Positions 1 to 7,855 of a stretch of DNA of 64,000 bases are shown here, piece after piece (position 1 is the stretch's first letter; each line of letters opens with the position of its first letter). The position numbers and the translations under genes are program-made. This DNA is from a virus: positions 64,001 to 128,000 of IMG/VR virus record IMGVR_UViG_3300036985_009306; one strand, 5' to 3'. A model generated the notes under the pieces. It had not been told where the DNA came from, ran no database searches, and saw nothing but the letters and a program-made list of their open reading frames with translations.

Positions 1-2
1 CG

Positions 3-1538
3 AGGTTATTGAATGTAGGAAATCAGATAGGATCTATGATGCAATTAGCTGGGAGTAAATTTGTGGTTGATTTTGATCAAAATGTGGAAGATCTCAGTAA
101 AAAAATGAGTGATCAACAATATTCGATGGAAAAATTAAGTGAAATAATGAATTGGGATAGAGAAATGACTGAAGGTATGACAAGAGCTTTACGAAATGTG
201 AAGTTAACTATTGATAAACTTAATGCAGCTGCTCAAGGTATCGAGGGTAATACTGATGAAAATAAACGATTAGATGCAATTATTGATATTACAGGTGGTT
301 CACAAAGAATAGCTGTTTATGCAAAAAGACTTTCAAAAAATACAAATAAGTTAGACAAAGCAGCATTAAAAGAGCTTGTAACTCAGTTCCCATTTTTAGC
401 AGGTAAGATTGAAGAGGGTGAGATTAATTATGATAAGTTAGAAAAAGCTGTTAATGATGGTATAGGAACTCCTGAACAAAAATCTAAAGAAATTTTTAAT
501 GATTTGTCAAAAATGTCTAAAAAACAGTTAGATGTTTTTGCCAAAGGTCTTGAGAGTATTCCTGGTTTAAGTGATGATCAAAGGAAAGCTTTGGCAATAG
601 CAGAAGAAAACTCTAATTTACAAGAAAAGCAACAACAAATAGCTAATATTCTTTCTAAAGTAAATACAAGTTCTGATTTCTGGGGTAAGGCACAAGCCGA
701 TATTGCTACAAAAGTTGAAGCTGATAAGCAAAAAGAGATCGGTGCCGAGACATTAAGGCAAACAAAATCAACTAAACAAGCAATAGAGGATGCAATTGGA
801 ACAATACTTAGAGATGGATTTAGATGGCTTGAAAAATTGTATGGAGCTTTTGTACATGCATTTCCTTGGACAGGTGTAGTCACTGATGCTGCCACTGCAG
901 AAGAAAATGCAAACAAACAAACTACAGAAATTAAAGGTCAAGCTGCAGGTATGATAGATAAGCCAGGAAGTAAAGCACGATCAAAAGAATTTCTAACAGA
1001 TAAATTAAATGAACTTCAAGATGCATATGATGAAAAATTAAAAGAATATCACAAACAAAAAACAATAAGTGATTTTGTACCTCTTGCTGATTTTGGATCA
1101 AAAAAAGCAGGTGCAAAATGGAATGAGTTACATGCTCTTGAGATAGCCATTGCTAATTTACAAAATGCATTAAATGAAATTCCAACAGAGGGCTCTACAG
1201 CTCCTCTAGTGGGCTCTAGAGCTCCATCTACAATATTGGATAAGTTAAAAGAAAAAAAGGCAAAAGGTGGTGTGGTAGGAGGTACTAGTTTTTCGGGAGA
1301 CAAAGTTCTTGCTGCACTTAATTCAGGGGAACTAGTTATACCTAAAGAGATATGGCAAAATGCTATTCCTGGATATGCTAGAGGTGGAATAACTCCTGAT
1401 GCAGGTATGGGAACAACAGGCTCTATGTCAAGTAAAACTATAAATGATAATAGAGTAATAAATTTGTATGTAAATCAAAATGACAGAAAACAAATTGAAC
1501 AAATAGTTTTGAATGCGATCTATACAGATAAAATGTAA
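3..1538 (+). CDS. Tail tape-measure-like protein, C-terminal part (5' truncated by window)
   Basis: Frame is open to the window edge. Long helical/coiled-coil K/E/A-rich sequence ending in KAKGGVVGG...ALNSGELVIP...GYARGG, typical of tape-measure C-termini. Lies upstream of tube-initiator/hub genes. Confidence 0.65.
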   Translation, partial: RLLNVGNQIGSMMQLAGSKFVVDFDQNVEDLSKKMSDQQYSMEKLSEIMNWDREMTEGMTRALRNVKLTIDKLNAAAQGIEGNTDENKRLDAIIDITGGSQRIAVYAKRLSKNTNKLDKAALKELVTQFPFLAGKIEEGEINYDKLEKAVNDGIGTPEQKSKEIFNDLSKMSKKQLDVFAKGLESIPGLSDDQRKALAIAEENSNLQEKQQQIANILSKVNTSSDFWGKAQADIATKVEADKQKEIGAETLRQTKSTKQAIEDAIGTILRDGFRWLEKLYGAFVHAFPWTGVVTDAATAEENANKQTTEIKGQAAGMIDKPGSKARSKEFLTDKLNELQDAYDEKLKEYHKQKTISDFVPLADFGSKKAGAKWNELHALEIAIANLQNALNEIPTEGSTAPLVGSRAPSTILDKLKEKKAKGGVVGGTSFSGDKVLAALNSGELVIPKEIWQNAIPGYARGGITPDAGMGTTGSMSSKTINDNRVINLYVNQNDRKQIEQIVLNAIYTDKM

Positions 1539-1570
1539 TTTTTTATAGTTTTTATAAAAAGAGTTTTATC

Positions 1571-1795
1571 ATGAAAAATATTTCTAAATTAGCTGAACAG
1601 ATTGTTTCAAAAACATTGACAAATTTACCTTCAATTAAGGTTGATTTTAGTACTGTTAAGAAAAAAATAGAAAAACTTGAAAAAGGGATTTCTACATTTA
1701 ATGGAGATGATTCTTCTTGGGAAACCATTGAAAACTGGAAACCATTAGCTGAAGAAATAATTCAAGATTTAGAAAGCATAATGGAGAAATTATAA
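1571..1795 (+). CDS. Hypothetical 74-aa protein (begins MKNISKLAEQIV)
   Basis: ORF track. Its stop abuts the next ATG, and the GGAG near its 3' end serves as RBS for the next gene. Confidence 0.7.
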   Translation: MKNISKLAEQIVSKTLTNLPSIKVDFSTVKKKIEKLEKGISTFNGDDSSWETIENWKPLAEEIIQDLESIMEKL

Positions 1796-1830
1796 TGCAT
1801 AAATATTCTGACAATTGTCCGTTCTGCAAA
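1795..1830 (+). repeat. MHKYS[DE]NCxxC leader repeat (copies at 1795, 3174, 3814, 4797, 7024, 40133)
   Basis: ATGCATAAATATTC is identical in all six copies, followed by Asp/Glu, AATTGT and a second Cys codon three codons later. Confidence 0.95.
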
Positions 1831-3171
1831 ATTTTTAAAGCAGATGACAAAGATAAATCTAGTTATGATAAAGAAGTACATCCAAATAATAAAAAATTTT
1901 GGAAATCTTTACCGAGCAACTCAGAACATGCTCTTGGTCGTCATCCTGTTTTTACATTAAGTGGTGAAGAGCTTGATAGAGCTTCATACAAACATACTAA
2001 AGATTTATCTGAAAAACACAAAGTAAAAGATGAAGAATTAGGCATGCTATTCCAACAAATGATAAAAAAAGAACATGCTCATAAGAAAAAACTTGAAGAA
2101 CTTGCTGTAAGTGCTGTAGCAAAAATGATGAAAGTAGACAAGAGTGAACTTGTGGCAAAACTTACTAATGAAGTTGATATTAATGAAACTGAGCCTCTTA
2201 AACCAGAAGAAATGAAAGCCTTGCCAAAGAATCTTCTTGATGAAGCAAATAAACGTATAACGAGTAATGCATTTGCACAGGGCGCATCTGTGCATGCTTA
2301 TCTAACTGCACATTTTTTTGAAGAAATACAAGATGAGATAAAGAAGATAGACCCTAAACTTGTAGATATTTATTCTAAAATTACCACAGGTTCACATAAG
2401 TTATATTGGAAACTAGATATGTCGGTTATGGGTTTGGGAAATGCTGCTGTGGGATCTGTTAGACCAAAGCAAGATAATGATGGTGATATCAAAATGGAAG
2501 CAAAAGCACCAGTGTTTATTGTTTTAGTGCAAGAACTTGTTAAAGGAGTTTTAGAATTAAAGTATTTAAAACATTTGCAACAAAAATCATCAGAGGAACT
2601 TAGTGACGATGATATTAAAAAGATATTTCAATATGCAGATAAAATTGAAGATGAGCCAAGATTGATTCAAATTGGTCCTGAGTTATGGAGGAGATTTTTG
2701 AAAGTTCTTAATAGTTCTAAAGTTAAAGGCTCTAAGTCTCCTGTAGAAGTTTATGAGCATTTGATGAAGCTTCCACCTAAAGATTTGCATAAGTTTGTTC
2801 AATTAGTAGTAGATGAGCCTGATAAAGCTCCACATGAACTCGAGTTATTACTTGAAGATGATAATAAAGTCGATCTTGAGCAATTATTAAAAGAGCTAGA
2901 GAATCCAGAAGATATAAAATTTTCTGCTGCAGGACCAATGACAGCACCGATGCCAGTTAAAACTCCAACACCTACAAAGCAGCCTTATGAAGTTCCAGGG
3001 AAAAACCCAAGAGTAATTCCATTACCACAACCTAAGAATACAGCTCCTGTTAAGACACCTGTTAAAACACCTGTTAAAACTCCAGCACCAGCAAAAGAAG
3101 TTCCTGGGCAGAAACCTCGTGTTATTCCTTTACCACAGCCCAAAAATGATTTTATTAAAAAATCAAAATAA
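1795..3171 (+). CDS. Hypothetical protein with MHKYS-CxxC leader and Pro-rich repeat tail; possible virion internal protein
   Basis: N-terminus MHKYSDNCPFCK. The core NKRITSNAFAQGASVHAY resembles a family I recall from uncultured large phages (unverified). C-terminal EVPGxxPRVIPLPQPKN x2 and PVKT repeats. Confidence 0.8.
   Translation: MHKYSDNCPFCKIFKADDKDKSSYDKEVHPNNKKFWKSLPSNSEHALGRHPVFTLSGEELDRASYKHTKDLSEKHKVKDEELGMLFQQMIKKEHAHKKKLEELAVSAVAKMMKVDKSELVAKLTNEVDINETEPLKPEEMKALPKNLLDEANKRITSNAFAQGASVHAYLTAHFFEEIQDEIKKIDPKLVDIYSKITTGSHKLYWKLDMSVMGLGNAAVGSVRPKQDNDGDIKMEAKAPVFIVLVQELVKGVLELKYLKHLQQKSSEELSDDDIKKIFQYADKIEDEPRLIQIGPELWRRFLKVLNSSKVKGSKSPVEVYEHLMKLPPKDLHKFVQLVVDEPDKAPHELELLLEDDNKVDLEQLLKELENPEDIKFSAAGPMTAPMPVKTPTPTKQPYEVPGKNPRVIPLPQPKNTAPVKTPVKTPVKTPAPAKEVPGQKPRVIPLPQPKNDFIKKSK
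2941..3147 (+). repeat. Intragenic repeats: (PVKT)n 12-bp tandem units and duplicated EVPGxxPRVIPLPQPKN
   Basis: cctgttaagaca/cctgttaaaaca/cctgttaaaact tandem units, flanked by two synonymously diverged 17-codon copies. Confidence 0.9.
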
Positions 3172-3173
3172 TT

Positions 3174-3821
3174 ATGCATAAATATTCTGAAAATTGTCCA
3201 TTTTGTAAGATTTCTGGTATAGATATGTTTGAATTAACTCCAGAAGAGAAAATAGAACTAGAAGAAATTGATAGAGAATTGGTAAAAGAAATAGATGAAA
3301 GAAAAGATAAGTCAAGAAAATTAAGAAAAGAAAACCAAGAGATATTAAAAAAACAAAAAGAAATTTTATTGACACAAGGCATTGCATTAACTGCTGAAAA
3401 CAAAACTGACCATAAAATTAATAGTATTTATAGTTTTTCAATAGATTTAAAAAGCCCATTTGCAATAGAGATTTCTTATTTTAGAAGAATATATAATGTT
3501 GCGCATTATGATGAAATAAAAAGAGAATTTTTAGACAAATTAAATTTTAAAATGTTAGATGAATATGAGTATCTTGATACAAAAGCAAGATCTCAATGTA
3601 GACATGCTGAAATGATTAATGTAAGTTTTTTAAAAACTTGTAGAAAATTAGGTGAATTTTTAAAAAGATTTTTTAAAACCAAACAAGATACAAGATATAA
3701 GATTTATGAAGTACACATTCTTGATACAAGACTTGGTATGGTAAAAGAATATGTAAGTTTTGTTGAGCAAATAGAAAAGATTTTGGAAAAAATAAAACAG
3801 GACAAAAAACAAAATGCATAA
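3174..3821 (+). CDS. MHKYS-leader paralog family member 1
   Basis: Starts MHKYSENCPFCK..FELTPEEK. Shares LDKLxxKMLDEYEYLDT with 3814 and 4755. Confidence 0.8.
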   Translation: MHKYSENCPFCKISGIDMFELTPEEKIELEEIDRELVKEIDERKDKSRKLRKENQEILKKQKEILLTQGIALTAENKTDHKINSIYSFSIDLKSPFAIEISYFRRIYNVAHYDEIKREFLDKLNFKMLDEYEYLDTKARSQCRHAEMINVSFLKTCRKLGEFLKRFFKTKQDTRYKIYEVHILDTRLGMVKEYVSFVEQIEKILEKIKQDKKQNA

Positions 3822-4758
3822 ATATTCAGATAATTGTTTGTTATGTAAAGTGTATTCAAATATTGACACTTTTGAACTTACATCTGAAGATAAAGTCAAG
3901 TTAAAAGAAGCACTTAATGATCTTAAAAAACAAGAAGATGATGTATTAGAAGTATGGAAAAAAATTAAAAAACAAAATGATGAAGATTTGAAAAAAATGG
4001 AAGAGATTTTGTCTAAAGTAACTAAAAGAATTCCAGAAACAAGAGCAACTTATTTTGATGTTAAGTATTTTTATGAGAAACCTTCAAAAGAAGTTTTAGA
4101 CAAGTTAGAACCTAAAATGCTAGATGAATATGATCATCTTGATACAAGAACTGAAGCTCAAGTAAAAAAGATAAGCAAAACTGATCTTTTTAAAACAATG
4201 AATTTAGAAAAAATTAAAGATTTTTTAAAAGATTTATTTAAAACAAAAATTACTGTAACAAGAGATCAGCTACATAATGTAGAAAGTTTGAATTTTAAAC
4301 ATAAAGGCAGACTTTATAAAGTTTTTTTAACAGAAACAATTTTTGTAAAGTCCTGGATTGATTTTAAAACTTCGTTAAAAGATGAAGATGATGTTTTAGA
4401 TCAAATAGAAGAAATTTTAAAAACTATTAGATCAAGAGAAAAGGTTAAGACTCATTATGATATTTTTAAAGATCTTAAGTTTACAGAAATTATAAACAAA
4501 TATGATTTAAAAGTTGATAAGAAAAAAGAAGGAACTTTCATTTTAAGAATAAATGAGCGTTCAGGTGAAAGAATAACCCTATCAGATACAGGTAGATTAA
4601 GGTATTATAGAGATAAGTATGATGAATATGCAAGACTTCTTATGACTCTTACAAGAAGTGATGAAGAAAATTTTACAAAAAAAATGTATTATGAGTTTTT
4701 AGATAAAATTGATTCTTTTCTTACGAAACAAAAAAAGAACAAAGAAAAAACAAAATGA
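3814..4758 (+). CDS. MHKYS-leader paralog family member 2
   Basis: Starts MHKYSDNCLLCK..FELTSEDK. Shares KEVLDKLEPKMLDEYDHLD and KYDLKV...SxTGxLRYYxD with 4755. Confidence 0.8.
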   Translation: MHKYSDNCLLCKVYSNIDTFELTSEDKVKLKEALNDLKKQEDDVLEVWKKIKKQNDEDLKKMEEILSKVTKRIPETRATYFDVKYFYEKPSKEVLDKLEPKMLDEYDHLDTRTEAQVKKISKTDLFKTMNLEKIKDFLKDLFKTKITVTRDQLHNVESLNFKHKGRLYKVFLTETIFVKSWIDFKTSLKDEDDVLDQIEEILKTIRSREKVKTHYDIFKDLKFTEIINKYDLKVDKKKEGTFILRINERSGERITLSDTGRLRYYRDKYDEYARLLMTLTRSDEENFTKKMYYEFLDKIDSFLTKQKKNKEKTK

Positions 4759-5672
4759 ACATACTTAATTTTGTTTTAAGAGAAAGCAAACCTTATATGC
4801 ATAAATATTCTGACAATTGTCCATTTTGTAAGATTTACTCAGGATTAGACACATTTGAACTTACACCAGAAGAGAAATCAAAATTATTAGAAATTGATAA
4901 AGATTTTAAAAAACAAGATGAAGAATATGTTTCTGTTATAGATAAATATAAAATTTCTAATGATGAAGATTTAAAAAGAATAAAAGAAATTTTGTTAGAA
5001 GTTACTGATAATTTACCTAAAATTGATTATTTAGTCACTTTAGGTAAAGATGGCAAGATAGAATATATTAATGAAGAGCTTAAAAAAGAAGTTTTAGATA
5101 AATTAGATCCTAAAAAACTTGAAGAATATGAATATCTTGATGCAAGAACCAGATCTAGATATAAAAAAGCTAAAGACATAACAATTGATTTTTCAAAAAC
5201 AATTAATTTTTTAAAAATTGTAAGCAAACTTGAATCATTTTTAAAAGATGATCTTAAGTTAAAAATTAATAAAAGTTTTGACAATTTTATTTATGATTAT
5301 GGAAATAAAACATATCATATATTTTTGGGTTTTAAACAAGATATTTATCAACAAGTGGAAAAAAATCTTAAGACTATGAAGAAAAAAAATGAAAAAAAGG
5401 TTACTAATAAAATTGTTGATGACCCTAAATTTAAACAAATTGTTGAAAAATATGATTTAAAAGTTCATTTTAAAACCAAGGGTGGATTTACTTTGACTGT
5501 AGATGAAGGAACGGGTGAAAAATATGATGTTTCAAGTACTGGAAATTTAAGATATTATAATGACAGATACTCTCAAGGAAGTCTTATTCTTAGTTCAAAT
5601 GACAATATTAAGATTTTAGATAAAATTGATGAAAATATAACTAAGAGAAGAAAAAAAATGGAGAAGAAATGA
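4755..5672 (+). CDS. MHKYS-leader paralog family member 3, preceded by MNILNFVLRE leader
   Basis: Starts MNILNFVLRESKPY-MHKYSDNCPFCK. Paralogous to 3814 along most of its length. Confidence 0.8.
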   Translation: MNILNFVLRESKPYMHKYSDNCPFCKIYSGLDTFELTPEEKSKLLEIDKDFKKQDEEYVSVIDKYKISNDEDLKRIKEILLEVTDNLPKIDYLVTLGKDGKIEYINEELKKEVLDKLDPKKLEEYEYLDARTRSRYKKAKDITIDFSKTINFLKIVSKLESFLKDDLKLKINKSFDNFIYDYGNKTYHIFLGFKQDIYQQVEKNLKTMKKKNEKKVTNKIVDDPKFKQIVEKYDLKVHFKTKGGFTLTVDEGTGEKYDVSSTGNLRYYNDRYSQGSLILSSNDNIKILDKIDENITKRRKKMEKK

Positions 5673-7021
5673 ATATACTTAATTTTGTCTTAAGAGAAGC
5701 ACATATTGAGAAATGGGCGCTGTTGCAACAGCAACAGTTAGACAATATGGTGCATCAAGTTTTTGCTAAATATAAAGAAAAATTGATAAACAAAAAACCT
5801 GATGACACGTATTTTCTACATCATTCTTATACAGATTATGTTAAAGAATTAAAGAAGCCTTATTTTGAATATGCTAAAAAGTTTAATGAACATGTAGTTA
5901 AGAAGTTAACAATTGATTTTAAAAACGAAAAATTGCTTTTAATTTGGTTATTAGAACAAGTTGTCACAAACCAAATAAAAGCTGTTTCAATTGATGAAGA
6001 TGTTGATGTAATTAAAAACAATTTACATCTTTATTTTGAAAATAAAGGAAAAATTCATAAAAACATATTTGATTCTACATATAATGACCTTAAAAAATGG
6101 GTTGTACCTTATCAACCTAAAGGTGAAGAAAGCAAGCATAAAAAATTTTTAAGCAAACCTTATATTGAGGGAAAAGAATACAAAATTTATAAAATAACAA
6201 AAGTTGATGAGTGTGTAAAGATAAGCAAAGGAACATCATGGTGTACTCAAGGCATAGCAAATGCTGAGTCTTATCTTAAAAAAGGTCCATTGTGGTTAGT
6301 GACAAAAAATGATAAAAGATTTGCTTTGATAAGTTTTGAGTCTGGTTCTTACATGGATGTTAATGATCAGAGGCTAAAACCTGAAGTTGTATTTGAAATT
6401 TTTGATATTTGGCCAGAAGCTGAAAAGAAATTGATTGAAAATTTGAAGGGTAATAGTTATTCAATAAAGTTTTTAAGAAATCTAAGTGAAGAACAACAAC
6501 TTGAGATGATGCCAAAGGAACCTGATGTTTTTCAACATTTATATAAACCAACTGAAAAAGTAATAAATAAAGCTGTTAAAGAAGATGGTTCTAATATTCA
6601 ATATGTCAAGAATCCTTCAAAAGAACTTCAAGAAGAAGCAATTAAGCAAGATGCAGATAACATTGAAAGAATAGATCATATAGATCCTGAAATTGAAAAA
6701 AGACTTATAGATATTAATCCAGATGCAATAAAACATATGAAAAATCCTTCTGAGGAAACTCAAGAAAAAGTTGTCAGGTTACATGGATTAGCAATTAAAC
6801 ATATCAAAGATCCATCTGAAAAGGTTAAATTATTAGCTGTAAAACAAAATGGTAAAGCAATTAGACATTTAAAAGATCCTTCTGTTGAAGTTCAAATGGC
6901 AGCTGTTAATAATAAATGGCATTCTCTTGCTTATATTAAAAATCCAGATAAAAAAGTAATAGAAAGAGCAATAGAGATTGATCCAAGAGCTGAAGAATTT
7001 GTTGACATGAAAGCAATTTAA
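5669..7021 (+). CDS. MNILNFVLRE-leader protein with GTxWC domain and C-terminal helical repeats (DUF4116-like)
   Basis: Central motif ISKGTSWCTQG...YLKKGPLW. About 7 repeats of the type AVKQNGKAIRHLKDPSVEVQMA. Confidence 0.75.
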   Translation: MNILNFVLREAHIEKWALLQQQQLDNMVHQVFAKYKEKLINKKPDDTYFLHHSYTDYVKELKKPYFEYAKKFNEHVVKKLTIDFKNEKLLLIWLLEQVVTNQIKAVSIDEDVDVIKNNLHLYFENKGKIHKNIFDSTYNDLKKWVVPYQPKGEESKHKKFLSKPYIEGKEYKIYKITKVDECVKISKGTSWCTQGIANAESYLKKGPLWLVTKNDKRFALISFESGSYMDVNDQRLKPEVVFEIFDIWPEAEKKLIENLKGNSYSIKFLRNLSEEQQLEMMPKEPDVFQHLYKPTEKVINKAVKEDGSNIQYVKNPSKELQEEAIKQDADNIERIDHIDPEIEKRLIDINPDAIKHMKNPSEETQEKVVRLHGLAIKHIKDPSEKVKLLAVKQNGKAIRHLKDPSVEVQMAAVNNKWHSLAYIKNPDKKVIERAIEIDPRAEEFVDMKAI

Positions 7022-7023
7022 TT

Positions 7024-7206
7024 ATGCATAAATATTCAGACAATTGTTTACTTTGTAAGATATATTCAAGTGCTAATACATTTGAATTAACTCCAGAAGA
7101 AAAAATAGAGTTAGAAGAAAGTGATAAAGAATTAGAAAAAGAAATAACAGAAAGAAAAAATAAATTAACAAAATCTGAATTAAAAGAACTTCTTCAAATA
7201 GAATAA
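7024..7206 (+). CDS. Short (60-aa) MHKYS-leader paralog, possibly truncated remnant
   Basis: MHKYSDNCLLCKIYSS..TFELTPEEKIELEE closely matches the N-termini of 3174/3814/4755, then stops. Confidence 0.6.
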   Translation: MHKYSDNCLLCKIYSSANTFELTPEEKIELEESDKELEKEITERKNKLTKSELKELLQIE

Positions 7207-7220
7207 ATTCTATTTTTATC

Positions 7221-7280
7221 AAGACTACATCTTCAAGATGCTCATAGACCTGGTAGTCAAGGGAGAGCATCTCAAATTCC
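7221..7280 (+). ncRNA. Putative structured cis-RNA element, copy 1 (pseudoknot/switch); strand inferred
   Basis: GACTAC(7223-28) pairs with GTAGTC(7253-58), and AGATGCTC(7236-43) with GAGCATCT(7265-72), in a-b-a'-b' order. Aligns with the copy at 22352. Confidence 0.65.
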
Positions 7281-7317
7281 TCTTTATTTCTAAAAAATTT
7301 ATAAAAAGTAATAAGTC

Positions 7318-7848
7318 ATGGCCACAACAGCTGTACAAAGTCCAGTACCCATTTCCTGGAGCATTAAAGGAGCTGCAAATGTTCCTCCTTTAACAATGCT
7401 TATTAACCCAGCAAATTTAGACATAACTTATACTCCCTTAATCACAGAAACTAGAACTCTTGGCGGTTTTGTCCATGAATACTGGGGTGAACAATTAACT
7501 TCTCTTTCAGCCTCAGGAAAAACTGCAATGTTTATAGATAGAACTCAAGGTCTAACAAATGATACAAGATCTACAGAATCATATCAATACTTCATGTCTT
7601 TATTAAATATCTATAAAAACAATGGGAAAGGATACACTACAGATTTTTCTACAGATACAATTCCTGCTTTTAGAGCAAATCCTACAAAAATAGCAAGTCT
7701 TGGTATTGTATCTATGGTATTTGACAAAAGACACTATGATGGTTACTTTGAATCTTTTTCATATACAGAAGAAGCTGCAATGCCATTTAATCTTGACTAC
7801 AATTTTGTATTTAGAGCAATGCGAATTATAGGACAATTAACTGTTTGA
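7318..7848 (+). CDS. Putative tail tube initiator / baseplate-proximal protein (paralog A)
   Basis: LTMLINPANLDITY...GGFVHEYWGEQLTSLSASG motif. Position between tape measure and hub. Confidence 0.6.
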   Translation: MATTAVQSPVPISWSIKGAANVPPLTMLINPANLDITYTPLITETRTLGGFVHEYWGEQLTSLSASGKTAMFIDRTQGLTNDTRSTESYQYFMSLLNIYKNNGKGYTTDFSTDTIPAFRANPTKIASLGIVSMVFDKRHYDGYFESFSYTEEAAMPFNLDYNFVFRAMRIIGQLTV

Positions 7849-7855
7849 GGAGAAC

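Noticed and set aside
1795-7206. CRISPR array or DGR template/variable repeats
   Set aside because: The repeats are in-frame coding leaders with kb-scale irregular spacing. No reverse transcriptase is present, and differences are not adenine-specific.
7221-7280. Assigning the two-copy element to a known ribozyme or riboswitch (HDV/theta, twister, hammerhead, SAM-I)
   Set aside because: The topology resembles HDV, but there is no P3/L3 helix or catalytic C in the last junction. There is no CUGAUGA/GAAA core. TTATCAAGA and GAGGGA echo SAM-I, but GCAACC/GGUGC are absent.
7204-7292. Stop-codon readthrough or frameshift stimulated by the pseudoknot
   Set aside because: Readthrough of 7024 ends at another TAA near 7290 without joining 7318. 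Copy 2 is 44 nt from its upstream stop with an immediate second in-frame TAG. No shared slippery heptamer.
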